DNA from: Eledone cirrhosa
Taxonomy: Eukaryota
DNA length: 64,000 bases
Assembly (NCBI GenBank): GCA_964016885.1
Contig: OZ024742.1
Location: 245,954,001 to 246,018,000 of the forward strand
Direction: 5' to 3'
Made by a program: the position numbers and the translations under genes. This document shows, piece by piece, positions 39,701-54,100 of this stretch. Numbering within the stretch: position 1 is the stretch's first letter; each line of letters starts with the position of its first letter. A model generated the notes under the pieces. That model saw nothing but the letters and a program-made list of their open reading frames with translations. It made no database searches and had not been told where the DNA came from.

Positions 39701-42700
39701 GAGAAGGAGAGAGAGTGAGAGAATTGAAGTAAGAAAGAGATGTAGAGGAAGAATCAACTCCAGTACTGCTACTTTTTTTTATCAAGCTCAAATGGATGAA
39801 AGGCAAAGTTAACCTCAGCGGGATTTGAACTCAGAGATTAGAGAACTGAAGCGAATACTGCAAAGCACTCTATCTGACATTCTAATGACTCTGCCAATTC
39901 ACTGCTCTATAGAATAACAATATTTAAAAAATGTTTCATATCTAAAGATGAGGTTAATCATCTTAACAATAACTCATCTCAACATGTTGATATTTAATAG
40001 ACTGGTATTACCATCATCACTATTTAACATCCATTTTTCCATGTTAGCATGGGTTAAGTGAGTTGTCCTGTTGTGAGACAAGTCAGATCAGGTGACTACA
40101 TCTAGCTTGGTTTCTATAGCTGGATGCTCTTCCTAATGCCAACCATATTTACTGTGGACTGGGTGCTTTTTATTGAGGCATCAAAATGACCAACTAACAG
40201 CCTGGACTGGGTACTTTTTCAACACATCATCTGTACAACCACCTTACAGGGTGGACTGGGTGCTTTTTGTTGTGTCACCCACATGACCACCTTAGGATGG
40301 GTTGGGTGTTTTTTGTTGTGTCACCAACAGAACTACTTTATATGGTAAGATGGGTGCTTTTTGTTATGTCACCAACACAAACACTTTACAGGGTGGACTG
40401 GGTGCTTTTCATCATTTCACCAAAAGTATATCTTATTTAAAGTTCAATTTTTATCTGCCATCACTAAAATGAAGTGACCCAGACTCATGGTTTTAAAGTA
40501 GATGAGAAATATCTATTCCATTGGATAAGGAATACTAGTTCATTACAAGTTTTACCCTTGGCAGGATTTCAACATAGCAATGAGTATTAAGTCACTTGTC
40601 AGATATATAGTACTCTTCAATGTTGCTTATAGAAGTAACTTTACTTCACCATGGTACCTATTTATAACTAGGCTGGACTAATGAAATGCCTGAGTAGATA
40701 AACTATTGGATTATTTGCTCAATAGTCACCATCATCATCATCATCATTTAACGTCCACTTTCCTTGCTAGCAAGGGTTGGATAGTTCTTCACAGAGCAAG
40801 TCAGTACTGAAGTGGGGCTAACTCCCAGACAGACCACAGATACAGAAGACGATAACATATCTTCTTTTTCTTTGCTCACTTATTCCTGGAAGTGTTATGG
40901 TGGCAGAGTCATCAAGCAAGCCTCCCAGTGGGTCCTGTTAAAAGTGACAATTTCAAATTGATCCCACTGGATCTCCAAGCGGAACCAGTGAATCTCATGG
41001 ATGTTATCCAACCATCTTCCAAGGGGTCTACCCGTGGTTCTCCTGGTGGTTGGGTTGTCCATAAAATCTGTCAAGCAATTGTTTCTTTAGATATTCTAAC
41101 CACACGTCCATAATGTTGGAGCTGTGATCTCTCAATTCGAAGAAGTAGTGGCTTTACCTGGAGTGACTCCCTAATCTCCGAGCTATGCACTTGATCAAGT
41201 AACATAGCTAACATATTTAATATTAAAACTATAACACAACAAATATTAGACATATACAATTGAACTACAGCAGATTTCTTCATAAATATTAGTAAGCCTT
41301 ATGTTTATATGCTGTGGGAAGACAAGAAATTGATGTTTTAAAAGAGGAAAATATCTTTATTGCACACCCCATCCCACTACCGCAAAAAAAAAAAATGATG
41401 AGCTCTACTCAATGCTTCAGGACTTTCATCTTCACATGGCATACAAACTTATACAAATTTATGGACTTCATTAAATAATTTTTGCACACCTACATTGGAC
41501 CCCCAGTAAAATGTCATAGGCATTGCAACTTACCTCCTTGACTAAAGAATAAAAAAAAGATAAGGTAAATTCACATCAAATAATGTAGTCCCCACAGAAA
41601 CCTAGATCACTGACAATGATTCTTCATTTTTCCTATCCAGAGCTATACTCTTTAATTTATCTCATGTGTACTGTGCCTCCTTGAAATTTAGCTGTAAGGC
41701 ACTACACCACATAGTAGTTGGCTGACTTTTTCTCTTTTTGCTGTCCATGGGCATTTCACATAAGGGAGCTATATGGTGACACTCCTGATTGGTTTGTTCA
41801 GCATGCACCCAAATGATTCCTACCTCCATTTTCTTTAGCTCTTGTTCAGCAGTTAGTTGACATGTCCTTATTCAGAGATCAGTGATGCTGATGAATCTGC
41901 TTAGGAAGTTATTTACGAAGGTTTATATCTTCCTGAGTATGGTCTTGAGAATGCCCAAGGATTTCTACATATCCTTAAAAAGGCAGGATGGTCATATCTA
42001 GAATGCCAATAATTATGATTATAGGTTTGCTCAATCAGAAAGAAAACTGACATACTTATTAGAGCAATGGATAAAATACCTTACTATTGCAATGATGCAA
42101 AATTAATGGCCCATTTCATTTTTAATTAATTTAACCCTTTAACATTTACATTACTCTATATTTACTATTATATTTTCATAGTAAAGGCTTTATCTTACAT
42201 AATTATCTCACATAATATCAAATCTATGAGATTTTGATGTTATTTATTCTGAGAACAATACCTTAATGTAGGTATGAACAACCAGATACGGCCGGCACAA
42301 ACAGAAAGAGGTGAGATGGTTCTCGCTGGATACAGTTGGTTTCAATGCTAAAGGGTTAACTAATAAATGCTGTTATTTTTTGTTTTTTTTTTCAGAATAA
42401 TATTTCTTCAGAATAATAAGATTTTGAAGAGATTCATTTGGGTTGAGTGTCCATAAAAACAAACAAACAAATGCTTACCTCCCTTTCATGAGCTCAACAC
42501 ACAGAATGAATGAGAAGAGAAGCTTGTCTTTCTCAAACAAAGAACGACATACATTGCGGTAGATGCTATTTGTGAAATGTGAGTTAAGATTTTCAATTCG
42601 TTTCTCAATGTTGTTTGCTGATGAACTGTTGGAAATACACTGTAATAATATATAGACATGTAGAAATATAGAGTTAAGCCACTGTTAAATATCATACTAG

Positions 42701-45700
42701 TAGCAATATCACAATACCATTACCACTACACTGCCATCATCATCATCACACTACTAACATCGTCCTCATTCATATTATCATCATCATCATCATCATCATA
42801 ATCTCCTTTCACCACTGCCCTTGCATCATCTTATCAATATCATCATCATCATCATTCTCTTTATCAACATTATCACCATCATCCCATCACAAACATCATC
42901 ATAATTCATGTCATCATCATCATCATCAGTCTCATTATCAAGATCACCACCCTTATCATTTTCCCCATCATCATTGACACCCCCTTAACATCACTATCAA
43001 TGTAATACCATCCTCATCATCACACCCACCGTCATTCCCATCATCACACCCACCGCCATCTCCATCATCACACCCACCACCATCCCCATCATCTCATCCA
43101 CCACCATCCTCATCATCACACCCACCACCATCCAGATCATCACATCCACCACCATCCCCATCATCTCATCCACCACCATCCCCGTCCTCACCCCCACCAC
43201 CATCTTCATCATCACATCCACCACCATCCCCATCACACCCACCACCATCCCCATCATCATCATACACACCACCATATTCATCATCTTTTTTGTCATTATC
43301 ATTGTAAAGTCCTATGCATGACAATTTCAATCTGTTGTAATGAAGTCTTGTACATCAACTATCACAAACAGCTGGAAACCACAGAATCAGAATCCAGGGT
43401 ACACTGTCAACTGCCCCCACCCCCAGCCACATACCATAACACTACTATATTGATAACATCTTTAGCCCATCTTCAATGCACATCACATCTTTATCCTGTC
43501 TCCAATGCACATCACATCTTTATCCTGTCTCCAATACACATCACATCTTTAGCCTGTCTTCAATATACATCACATCTTTCTCCTGTCTCCAATACACATC
43601 ACATCACATCTTTATCCTGTCTCCAATACACATCACATCACATCTTTCTCCTGTCTCCAATACACATCACATCACATCTTTATCCTGTCTTCAATACACA
43701 TCACATCACATTTTTCTCCTGTCTTCAATACACATCACATCACATCTTTCTCCTGTCTCCAATACACATCACATCACATCTTTCTCCTGTCTCCAATACA
43801 CATCACATCACATCTTTCTCCTGTCTCCAATACACATCACATCACATCTTTATCCTGTCTTCAATATACATCACATCACATCTCTATCCTGTCTTCAATA
43901 CACATCACATCACATCTTTATCCTGTCTCCAATACACATCACATCACATCTTTCTCCTGTCTCCAATACACATCAAATCAGATCTTTCTCCTGTCTCCAA
44001 TACACATCACATCACATCTTTATCCTGTCTTCAATACACATCACATCACATCTTTATCCTGTCTTCAATACACATCACATCACATCTTTCTCCTGTCTCC
44101 AATACACATCACATCACATCTTTCTCCTATCTCCAATACACATCACATCACATCTTTATCCTGTCTTCAATACACATCACATCACATCTTTCTCCTGTCT
44201 TTCACTTTCATGTTTACAGTCCTTCAATACACATTACATCTCTTTAACTTTTCACATCGTTCATCTCCACAACAGACATCTTGTAGTTAACAAACTTTGC
44301 TTTATTCAACTCATTATAATTATTTTTCTGTAACAGGTAAATTGGCAGAATTGTTAGAGCACCAAACAAAATGCTTTGAGGTTTTTCAACTACTCCTTTA
44401 TAGTCAGAGTTCAAACCCCATCAAGGTCAACACGACTTTTCATCCTTCTGGGGTTGGATAAAATAAAGTACCAGTAAAGAACTGGGGTCAATCTAATTGA
44501 CTTTCCTCTCCCCCAAAATTGCTGGCTTTATGCTTAAGTTAGACACCATTATAATTATATAAATTAAGTCTCAAGGCAGTTTTCCAAAGCATTGCAATAA
44601 TATAATGATTTCAAATTATTAAAAAGCCCCCAAAAAGCATAAAAAGAATTAAAACAGTGTTTTATGCAGAATTTTCAGTCTGAATTTCTAGACTGAAAAA
44701 TTTGAATAAAATACTACATTTTAATTCTTTTTATGCATTGTTTGAGCTTTTTAATCATTTAAGATCATTATAATTACTGTATATACTTGAGTAATAGTTG
44801 ATCTCATGTAAAAGTTGACTCCTTATTTTTGGTCAAAATATTTGGAATTTTCCATGACCTCAAATAAAAGTCAACCCTAGTATTTCACAGATAACAGGTC
44901 AACATTTGTGGGTCAAGGTATCATACTGTACATAGAAATAACACTGTTACAAAATCATCAAGAATTTATTGCAAAAACATGTCTGAAACAAAAATTTACC
45001 CAAACGTGTGTCTACCTTACAGTAGCCTACCCTATAGCTGGAATGTTTGGTGGTTATAGTAAAACACTATATAATAGCGAGCACTACACATCTGTTGATG
45101 GGTGCTACATCACCATTACTAAAATGTGCACAGTACTATGGTAGGTAGATATATTACCCATGATAATACATAAAAATTAACAAACAAATATTTTTATCGC
45201 TCTACATGGCTGAATACAATAAATGTAATCTGATTTTTTCGAATATTAATAATATTATTCGATTCGTTTGCAATTATGCAAACAGCCTCTTTAAAGCCAT
45301 GTCAGTAGAATGACCCCATCATTCTTGTTCTTGTGTTGGCATGTAAACAGAACTGCAGACACTAATGTTTCTGGGTGATTACTCTTCATCAGTACCGTAT
45401 ACTGCTTACCTACCAACTGTCAGAGTTATATAATAATTATAAAATATAAATGGATTGCACTAAGCTAATCTGTTAAATTTGATAGATACAAATAAAAGAG
45501 CAAGTGTAAATATTTTTAAGAGCCTCGATGCCTTGTTTATGGATTTTGTTATTTACTAGGACATGTGTTTTAATGCATAAAATCGATAATATTCCTGTAA
45601 TTCATAGTGTTTTGTTTTTATTCATTTAGAGATCAGTTGGGATACTGCTACAGATATGATACTTTGGATTCTAGCTTGAATTTCAAGATCCTCAAAAGTA

Positions 45701-47899
45701 GTATCCCTGTAATAGTTGACCTCATAAATTTAACCTTAAAAAATGGTGTAAAAAATTTGACTTTTACATGGGTATATATGGTATATTTTAGTTCCTTACC
45801 ATTCCTAATTCAGCTTGTTGTGATCTTTTGTTTTTGTTTACCAATCATTTTAACATGTTGACATCCAAACATGTTGACATCCAAACATGTTGACATCCTT
45901 TCAAATTTCAGATTTATTAAATTCCATACTAATCAAATTTTATATTTAATAAATAAACAACTCTATTTTACACAATAGATGATTTAATTTTTCTCAGTTC
46001 AATTTTAGTTCACTTTTTGTCAAAATCTAAATTTACTGTGAATGAATAAAATTTTGCTGAGTACTTTTCCAGTATGCTAATCTCATGTTAACCTCAAGGG
46101 TATAATCCATTTTAACCCCAATTACCTCCACTAAACTTCAACCATGGCAACACATTGAATCCTTCATACATTCAATACAATTTTTCAAGCCAACATTCCT
46201 ATATATTCACTATTATTTCATTCATTCCCATTTTATGTGTAATACATGAAAGTATATATATCATCATCATCAACGTTTAACGTCCGTGTTCCACGCTTGC
46301 ATGGGTTTGGATGGGGGTTTTCCCACTTGAGGCAAGAGTGATTGTCTTGCTCGCATAGGACTGTCTGGCAGGTTTTCTACAGTTGGATGCCCTTCCTAAC
46401 ACCAACCACATTTACAGTGTGGGTCTGGGAGGTTTTTACCGTGTTGCCTACACGGCCACATTACAGCGTGGACTGTGTGTTTTTTTGTCGTGACACCTAC
46501 ACGATCTCATTTGTTTCGGCCTGGATGGTGTGGCACCAACATAACTTTACATAGAAGGGGGCGGTGTGGATGGGGTGGGGGTGGTGGGACGGGGGTGTAT
46601 TTTGTTAGAGATGCCTACTGACTGTAGTAGGTTTTACTTTGTATTTAGGTAAGGCGGGTCTTCTCTATTACTGAGTACCGCCAAAGGTCTCGGTCCAGTG
46701 ACATTGTCTTGGTGAGGTGTAAGTGTGTGAGGTCGGAGTTTATCAGCTCGTCCCAGATTTTTCTGGGTCTGCCTATTCCGTGGCTACCGTCTATCTTTAT
46801 TGCCCTGCACTTTGTTATACAGCTATCGTCCTTCATGCGCATCACGTGACCATACCAACGTAGCCTTCTCTCTAGTAAACAACATCTGATCCTTCTTATT
46901 TCTAATTTTTTCCTTAGTTCGTTTATGCTTTGTCGTTCACGTATATTACTATTACACATCCAGCGGAGCATGCAAGCTTCGTTTCTCTCTAGTCTGCGTA
47001 TATCCTCTGCACACAATGCCCAGGTCTCACTGCCATGCAACATTGCTGTTCGTATGCAGGTATCGTACAGCCTGCCTTTCATTTTTAGGGAGAACCCTTT
47101 AGCGGCTAATAGTGGTATAAGCTCTCTGAACTTTTTCCACCCAGTTCTGACTCTAGCTACTGTACTTTCAGAGCACCCTCCCCCACTGCTGATTTTGTCA
47201 CCCAGGTAACGGAAGCTGTCCACTATTTCTATAGAACCCTCTGCGCAGTTGAAAGAGCTAGTATTTTGTGGGCACTTGCTGCTACTTATTGCCCCAGAAC
47301 ACCGGCCACATGTAAAATCTATGTTCTTAGTTAGCTTACCTGTGATCCCACTACATCTTTTATGCACCCAAACTTGGCATTTGGGACACAAAATGGAATT
47401 TCTACCTACGCCTTTCCTACACTCTGCGCATGGCCACTTCCCGGAGGGGACCGCCGCCTTATTTTCTTTCTTACAAACTAGAACTTTAGTCTTAGCCAGG
47501 TTAATTTTAAGGCCTTTTGATTCTAGGCCGTGCTTCCATGTTTGGAATTTCTTCTCTAGCTCGGCCATTGATTCAGCTATGAGTGTTAGATCATCTGCGT
47601 ATAGGAGTTCCCATGAGCAGCCGGTCTTGAACTCCACTGTTATAGCCTGGAGGGCAATAATAAATAGTAGGGGGCTAAGAACAGAGCCCTGATGAACACC
47701 AACTTTTACACTAAACTCTTCACTATATTCGTTGTTAATTCTAACCTTGCTGACTGTTTCTTTATACATATATATATATGTGTGCGTGTGTGTGAGTAAA
47801 TCAGTGAAGTGAGGGGGGAACATTTGTATATGTTAGAGCATTGTACTTGTTTGTTTATGGGTACATATCTGTGTGTATGTGTCATGGATGCATGAATGT

Positions 47900-47957
<58 letters not shown>

Positions 47958-48030
47958 ATTCATGCATCCATCACACATACATACATATATATATACACAC
48001 ACACATACAAATATACACATACATCTATAT

Positions 48031-48064
<34 letters not shown>

Positions 48065-48069
48065 CATGT

Positions 48070-48102
<33 letters not shown>

Positions 48103-51100
48103 CACACACACATATACACGAGTGGTGTATATATATATGCATAAGAGTCTGTGTGCATGTGTTATCTGTGTGAAACATGTATTTGGGTGTGTGTGTGTTG
48201 ATGCATGTGTAAGTAAATGTGCATGAAATACAAGAGAGTGAAGGCGAGATCAATGAACCAACATGTAGTGAATCACATGACAAAACACAACAACCAATCA
48301 GTGTGAAGATGTAGTGAATCACATGACAAAACACAACAACCAATCAGTGTGAAGATATAATCGTAGGCATTACTTTGTGTGACTGTAGAGGAGGTACAAT
48401 AACAACATCAACAACATGTAGTGTACCTCATAAGAATAACAACAAGTAGTGTACCACATAACAATAACAACATGTAGACATTGAGTGAGTGTGTGTGTGT
48501 GTGTCTGTGCATGCATATCAGTGTGTGTGTGTGTCTGTGTGTTTGCATCTGATTGCATGTGTATGTGCTTGTATGTATGTCTGAGTGTGTGTTTATATGG
48601 GTGTGTGCACACCTGTGCAAAGCCTATAATAGGCCCAGGGCCAGATATATCAAATATAGGCCTCATTTCAATCAGCTCAATAGATATTTTAATAATCAAA
48701 CCAATCTAGAGCCTTCTTACTCCTGTTGAAGGAACCCCACCCTGGTTCATCTCCCCCACTTTCTGTTTGGTTTTGATCTGTCAGAAGTGTAGCCATACTC
48801 ATTATACTTGGGCAATTGCAGGTTGGTGAGGCTATTCAACCCATAGTTGGAGTAATCAATGTTGTGCTAAATACATATAATTTATGTATATATATATATA
48901 TATATGTGTACATATGTCAGGTCGCTCTTGAGTGCTACTGGTAACATGTAACTATCTCATGGTTGGGTCATCGACAACTAAACCAGCAACCCCACCAAGC
49001 TTACTTGGTGAGGAGGGTGACATTTGGACACCCTGTGGGATGAAATACAAGACCCAGCAAAAGGTAGAGGATCTCAGCAGAGTCAACAGCCATCCAAATA
49101 GTACTTTTTTTTTTCCACCTGAGAATGAAAGGCCCCAGTTGTTATCACAACACCTTTCTAGGAGAGGGAAACTCTGAAAAAAAACCTGCGACTTTGGAAG
49201 CATCCTATGATGTTGACCAGTTCTCCTTTTCAGGTAGTGTTTTCGATGCTCAGAGAGTGGGATTGGTCGAATGCAAGGCCTTTCTCCATGTAAAAAACCT
49301 TCAAAGCACAGGCATTGCTTGTTCAGGATATGTGTGGCTTGCTGTAACCTAAAAGTGCACCAAACTCTGTAATCTGACAAGCGATTACAATACTCTTAGC
49401 AGAGTTTGCAGCCATCATGTGTATTTGATTGTGTATGTGTGTGTTTGACTGTATATGTGTGTTTGTGAATCGAAGTCAACAAAACTCCAAACAAACCACA
49501 AGACAAACATGAAATTCTTGAGAGACCCCCCCCCCCCCCACTGCCCTCGCCAAAAAACCCCCAAAACAATCATCACTTCAAAAAGATGTAAATATACATT
49601 TGTTCCCTATTTCTTTGGAGTGATGAGAAGGAATAGTGAGAGTTGAAAAGAAGGGGAAGTGTAGACTGAAAAATGATTGCAATATGTGTGATAGTGTGGT
49701 GATGTGGTGATGTGGTGCAGTGAGACACAGCATTGTGCAGTGTGTTGTGTGAAGGAATAGCAAACGGTCACTGGAGAAAGTGAACCTGTGAACGAGGAGG
49801 AGGAAGACAGTTAAAGATTAAATAATGCCATTGTTATAGAACACAGACCAATATACCAGAGAACAGGTGGAACTGAAGAAGGTGGAGGAGGGGGGGGGAG
49901 AAGGAGTAAAAGAAGAAGAAGAAGGAAAAGAAGAAGGAAAGAAGAAGGAAAAGAAGAAGGAAAAGAAAAAAGAAAAGAAGAAGGAAAAGAAGAAGGAAAA
50001 GAAGAAGGAAAAGAAGAAAAAGGAAAAAGAAGAAAAAGGAAAAGAAGAAGAAGGAAAAGGAGAATAATAATAATAAGAAGAATCTATAACCTGTAATGCA
50101 ATATTTGTGTGAGTGTGAGTGAATGTGAGTGTGAGAGAGTGTGTGTGTGTATGTGCACACGCACATGTGTGTTGTCCAAACATCCATGCCAAACAGGATC
50201 TCAAAAGAGTCAAAGACACATGAAAAGAAGCAAAAAAATTTTTCGGCAATTTCTATATTGCTTAAAGAAGCTGTAAGCACTGTCTGAGACATTGGTTTTA
50301 ATTTTAGACAAAACCAGTTCAAATCACTTCTATCACCAATGTTTGCCATAATCAGTAGTTTGGACAGGGGATAGGCTTCTCCATACGGATCATTTTCCCA
50401 ATTTATAAGAACCCTACTTATCTTAGTTGATGCTTGGGAAATGAGAGGAGGGTTATATTTGTTTCCTGGCTAGAACATTGGTCAATTTCATATATATTTT
50501 GTTTGAGAGGCAACTTGTCAATTCCACAGTGCTATTATCACTGATTAAAGCAAAGAACCATATGGTTCTGTGGGCACCTATTTACAGCTAGGTGGACTGT
50601 ACGTCACTCACTGCATTATCATTTTGAATTGCTAAATTGTGAAAAAGAAAACTTTAGGCCTATGACTAATGTAACCTTTGACCTCCAAAATACAGGGTCA
50701 ATTTTCCAAATTTATTATGGGGAAAATACACCATCTACAGTGAGGAATGCAGTATTTCACGAAAACAATGGTTCTTCTATGATTACTCAACAATCCAAAA
50801 TGCAATGTAATACATGGCCTTTAGATAAAAACAACGTTATTGAGAAGAATTATAAAGAAATTTAATAGTGTTCTTTGCTTTTTGAGATACTGTTACAAGA
50901 AGTTGAGTCAGAGAAGAGACAAAACCATAAATCCAACACACTGATACTGTAAACAAATTGAGTGTCTGAAAGAATAATATCACAGGTGATAAAGAGTGGA
51001 ATATGGAATGGTGAAAAATAGAGACACTTAGTGAGATATTAAAGTTTTAGTAAACAAATATATATTCAATAAACCAGCAAAGAGAAGTGTTTAAACAGAT

Positions 51101-54100
51101 CTCCAGTTTTACACTTTCGTTACAATCAGATATAGTCTCTGTTTTTCTTTTATTAATTTAAAACTTTTCATAGATATTACCAACTAACAGATTATATTAT
51201 TACCATGATAATTTATTTTTTAAATAAAAGGTTCACTATATTAAAAAGAAAAATCTAGTGGGTAGTAGAATTGACAGAGAAACAGAGAAAATGCTTTGTG
51301 GTATTTAGCCCTGGCATTTTATGGTTGGCTGTTTATCATGGCAATACTTTTGCCATATTGTTCACAGGACAAAGCTGAGATATGCTGTTAATACAACAGA
51401 TATTGTTGGTAATCCTGCTGGCATCAACGTTGCTTTTACTTTTTCTAAGGCAGTTGATCATCACCATTTTACGTCCATTCTTCTATGCTAGCATGGGTTA
51501 GATGGGTTGTCCTGCTGTGGGCAATGCCAGGTCAGGTGACCATGTCTTGCTCATACAGAACTGATTTTGGTTTGATTTCTACTGCTGGATGCCTTTCCTA
51601 ACACCAACCTCATTTACACTGAGTACTGGGTGCTTTTTTACCGTGGCGGCTACACGACCACTTTACAGTGTAAACTGGGTGCTAGGGGTGGGGGAATACT
51701 GTCTATACACTTCAGCTTTGGCTTGTACCCGTGGGAAGTCAGGCCTTCTGTTGCGTAACACCAGAGGTCTCGGTCCTGTCATCATTGATATAAGTTAATA
51801 TACTATTTAAGTACTAAGTGGTTAATATACCCGATTGTAACCCTCCCATATAATTTCTGGCTTTGTGCCTAACTTAAAAATAGTAATATTTCAAAAACCT
51901 ACTCCAGGTTTAAAGAAGCATCAAACAACCTATTTCTCATTTTATAAAATCCTTTCAAATAGAGCTTAGAAAATTTTTCAACCTTTACCTACTTTGCTTT
52001 TCAATAGAATAAGTACTAGTTAATTTAAATTATTATACCCTTTCTAAATGTGTGTGGCCTTGTACCTACATTAAAAATCACCCTCATCATCATGTTGATT
52101 ATTAAAGCTGAAAATTTGATTACATTCAGAACTGAATCCAGTGAGTCAGTCTCTCACCTTTCATTTCTCCTCATTCCACTAAACATTTTCTGAACTGCAA
52201 TTCTGTTAGAATCTACACTGATTGGGGCCCAAGGTTGGAAAGTGGAATGTAGTAAGAGTCTCAGTATTAACAGGGACTATAAAGGGGTGTATTGAATATA
52301 TAGCTGTAAACTAAAATGAACATTTACACATACATCCATATACACACATACTTATGTATATATATAATTATATTTATATATATATATATATATATAAATA
52401 TCCACAGGCTCCTTTCTCAGACAGACATAGTTACCTTCTGCAGGAAATCACACTGTGGTATAAGCTGGAAGAAATGGCAGGTCAGGGATGAATTATGTAT
52501 AAAAAGGAAAGAAAAGGACCAAAAACTACAAAAAAAAATAAAGATCTCTGGAGTAATTACATTTGATGTTAGGACAAATCAAACATGTGACTTGTTGAAG
52601 AGTTTTCATTGGCTACACACAAATGTTTGATTAGAATCAGTTGTGTTATGTTCACATTTATCAAACAATATCATCATCAAGAACAAGAGACTTACCTTAA
52701 CTCTGTAACTCCTCATCTACATGATAAGCCTTCAGACTAGGCTAATTCCAACTCACACTCTCGGACTAGGTTAGCTTTTAACCATTTTGTTACCATAATT
52801 TTAACAAAACACACTGGCAATATGTTTTGAATAGTTTTGAAAATAATGTAACATTTGGAGAAATTTAGTAAAATAATATTTCATTAGTAAGCTGATGTTT
52901 GGAACATAATTTAACAAGGAAAATTCCTTAAATAAAATCATGATGGAAAGTTTTAATATAAGTATGAACACTTTAAAACGTGCATTTTTGTATCAGAACC
53001 AGAAGTGGTTTCAGACAGGTTTTTATAAAATGGATTAAGTTTATTCTTTACTTTCAGACTGGGATACCATCTAAGTCTGGTACTTATTAAATGTAGTTCA
53101 GCCAACTTAAAGATTAAGTCTTTTCTTGACCAATCTTGTCCTGCCTGCCTTTGGACTGTCTCACAACAAACACTGATACATGGCTCAATATGTTAACCTC
53201 TTCATTAACCAGTGCCTTCTCAACAATGTGTGCACACATATCAAAGTTGCCCTGTGTATAGGCCTCTATGTATGTAAGTCACATAAATCCTGTCGCAGAA
53301 CTACTGTTGATCAGTTCAAACAACATTTAATCTTTTGTTGTCATACTGCAGGGAGTAGGTTTTTCTTGCCAAACTTCTCTGAATGATGCCATTAAAATAA
53401 GCCTCAATGTTGCTACTTTCCTGTCAAGACTGGACCAAGTTAGCTTCAATTGCAGCAGTGATAGATGTCTTGACAGAATAACCCTTTTTTCCCCACTTAG
53501 GACATGTAAGTCACTCATCTAAGATGCCATGTTTTGTGACACATTGTCTTAATGCTTCAGCCATAAACCTAGATGTTATCTAAATGAAAGATGGTTAAAT
53601 GCCAGAGGCCTGAAAACTCCATGGGCTCAGTCTTTTCCCCCAAAACAATCCAATAAAAAAGACCACATAGATGTCCAAACAATGTACATTGCTTAATTAT
53701 TTCATTGATATTGTGTATGCCATATAGTTGAGCAAATAATATTCTGCATATCCATAGAGGTTGTTAAAGGATATTAACACAGCTATCAAACAAAACTAAC
53801 AATATCCCATCCTAAATTAATAACAACAAATAACAAAAATACACTGTACAGAAGGTAAATATTACTTTGATATAAGAACTACTTACATGTAAATATAGGT
53901 TGATAAACCAGGTGAGAGAATACTGGTACATAGGTTCAATATTAGCTAGTTCTGTAATACAAAAGAATAATATGGAAGAATGAACAGCTACGGGATGGTA
54001 CCCATTTCTTGTCTCATCAATCTCTACCTCTGTGGCTGCTGCAATTTCTTGCTTTGCTGATATCTCCTCTGCCAAAAGTTTTGAGGAAGTTAAAACTTTA

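Noticed and set aside
43318-44333. His/Ser-rich repeat proteins
   Set aside because: The 34-bp minisatellite is open in several frames; the unit is not a multiple of 3 and there are no coding signals.
48918-49395. Possible LINE 5' UTR with an HDV-like ribozyme
   Set aside because: It resembles a retroelement 5' region, but I could not fold a convincing nested double pseudoknot by eye; needs a descriptor search.
49818-50349. Nested gene in the large intron (Phe/Leu-rich or Lys/Glu-rich ORFs)
   Set aside because: The ORFs derive from a (GAA)n repeat; no recognisable domain or consistent exon chain.
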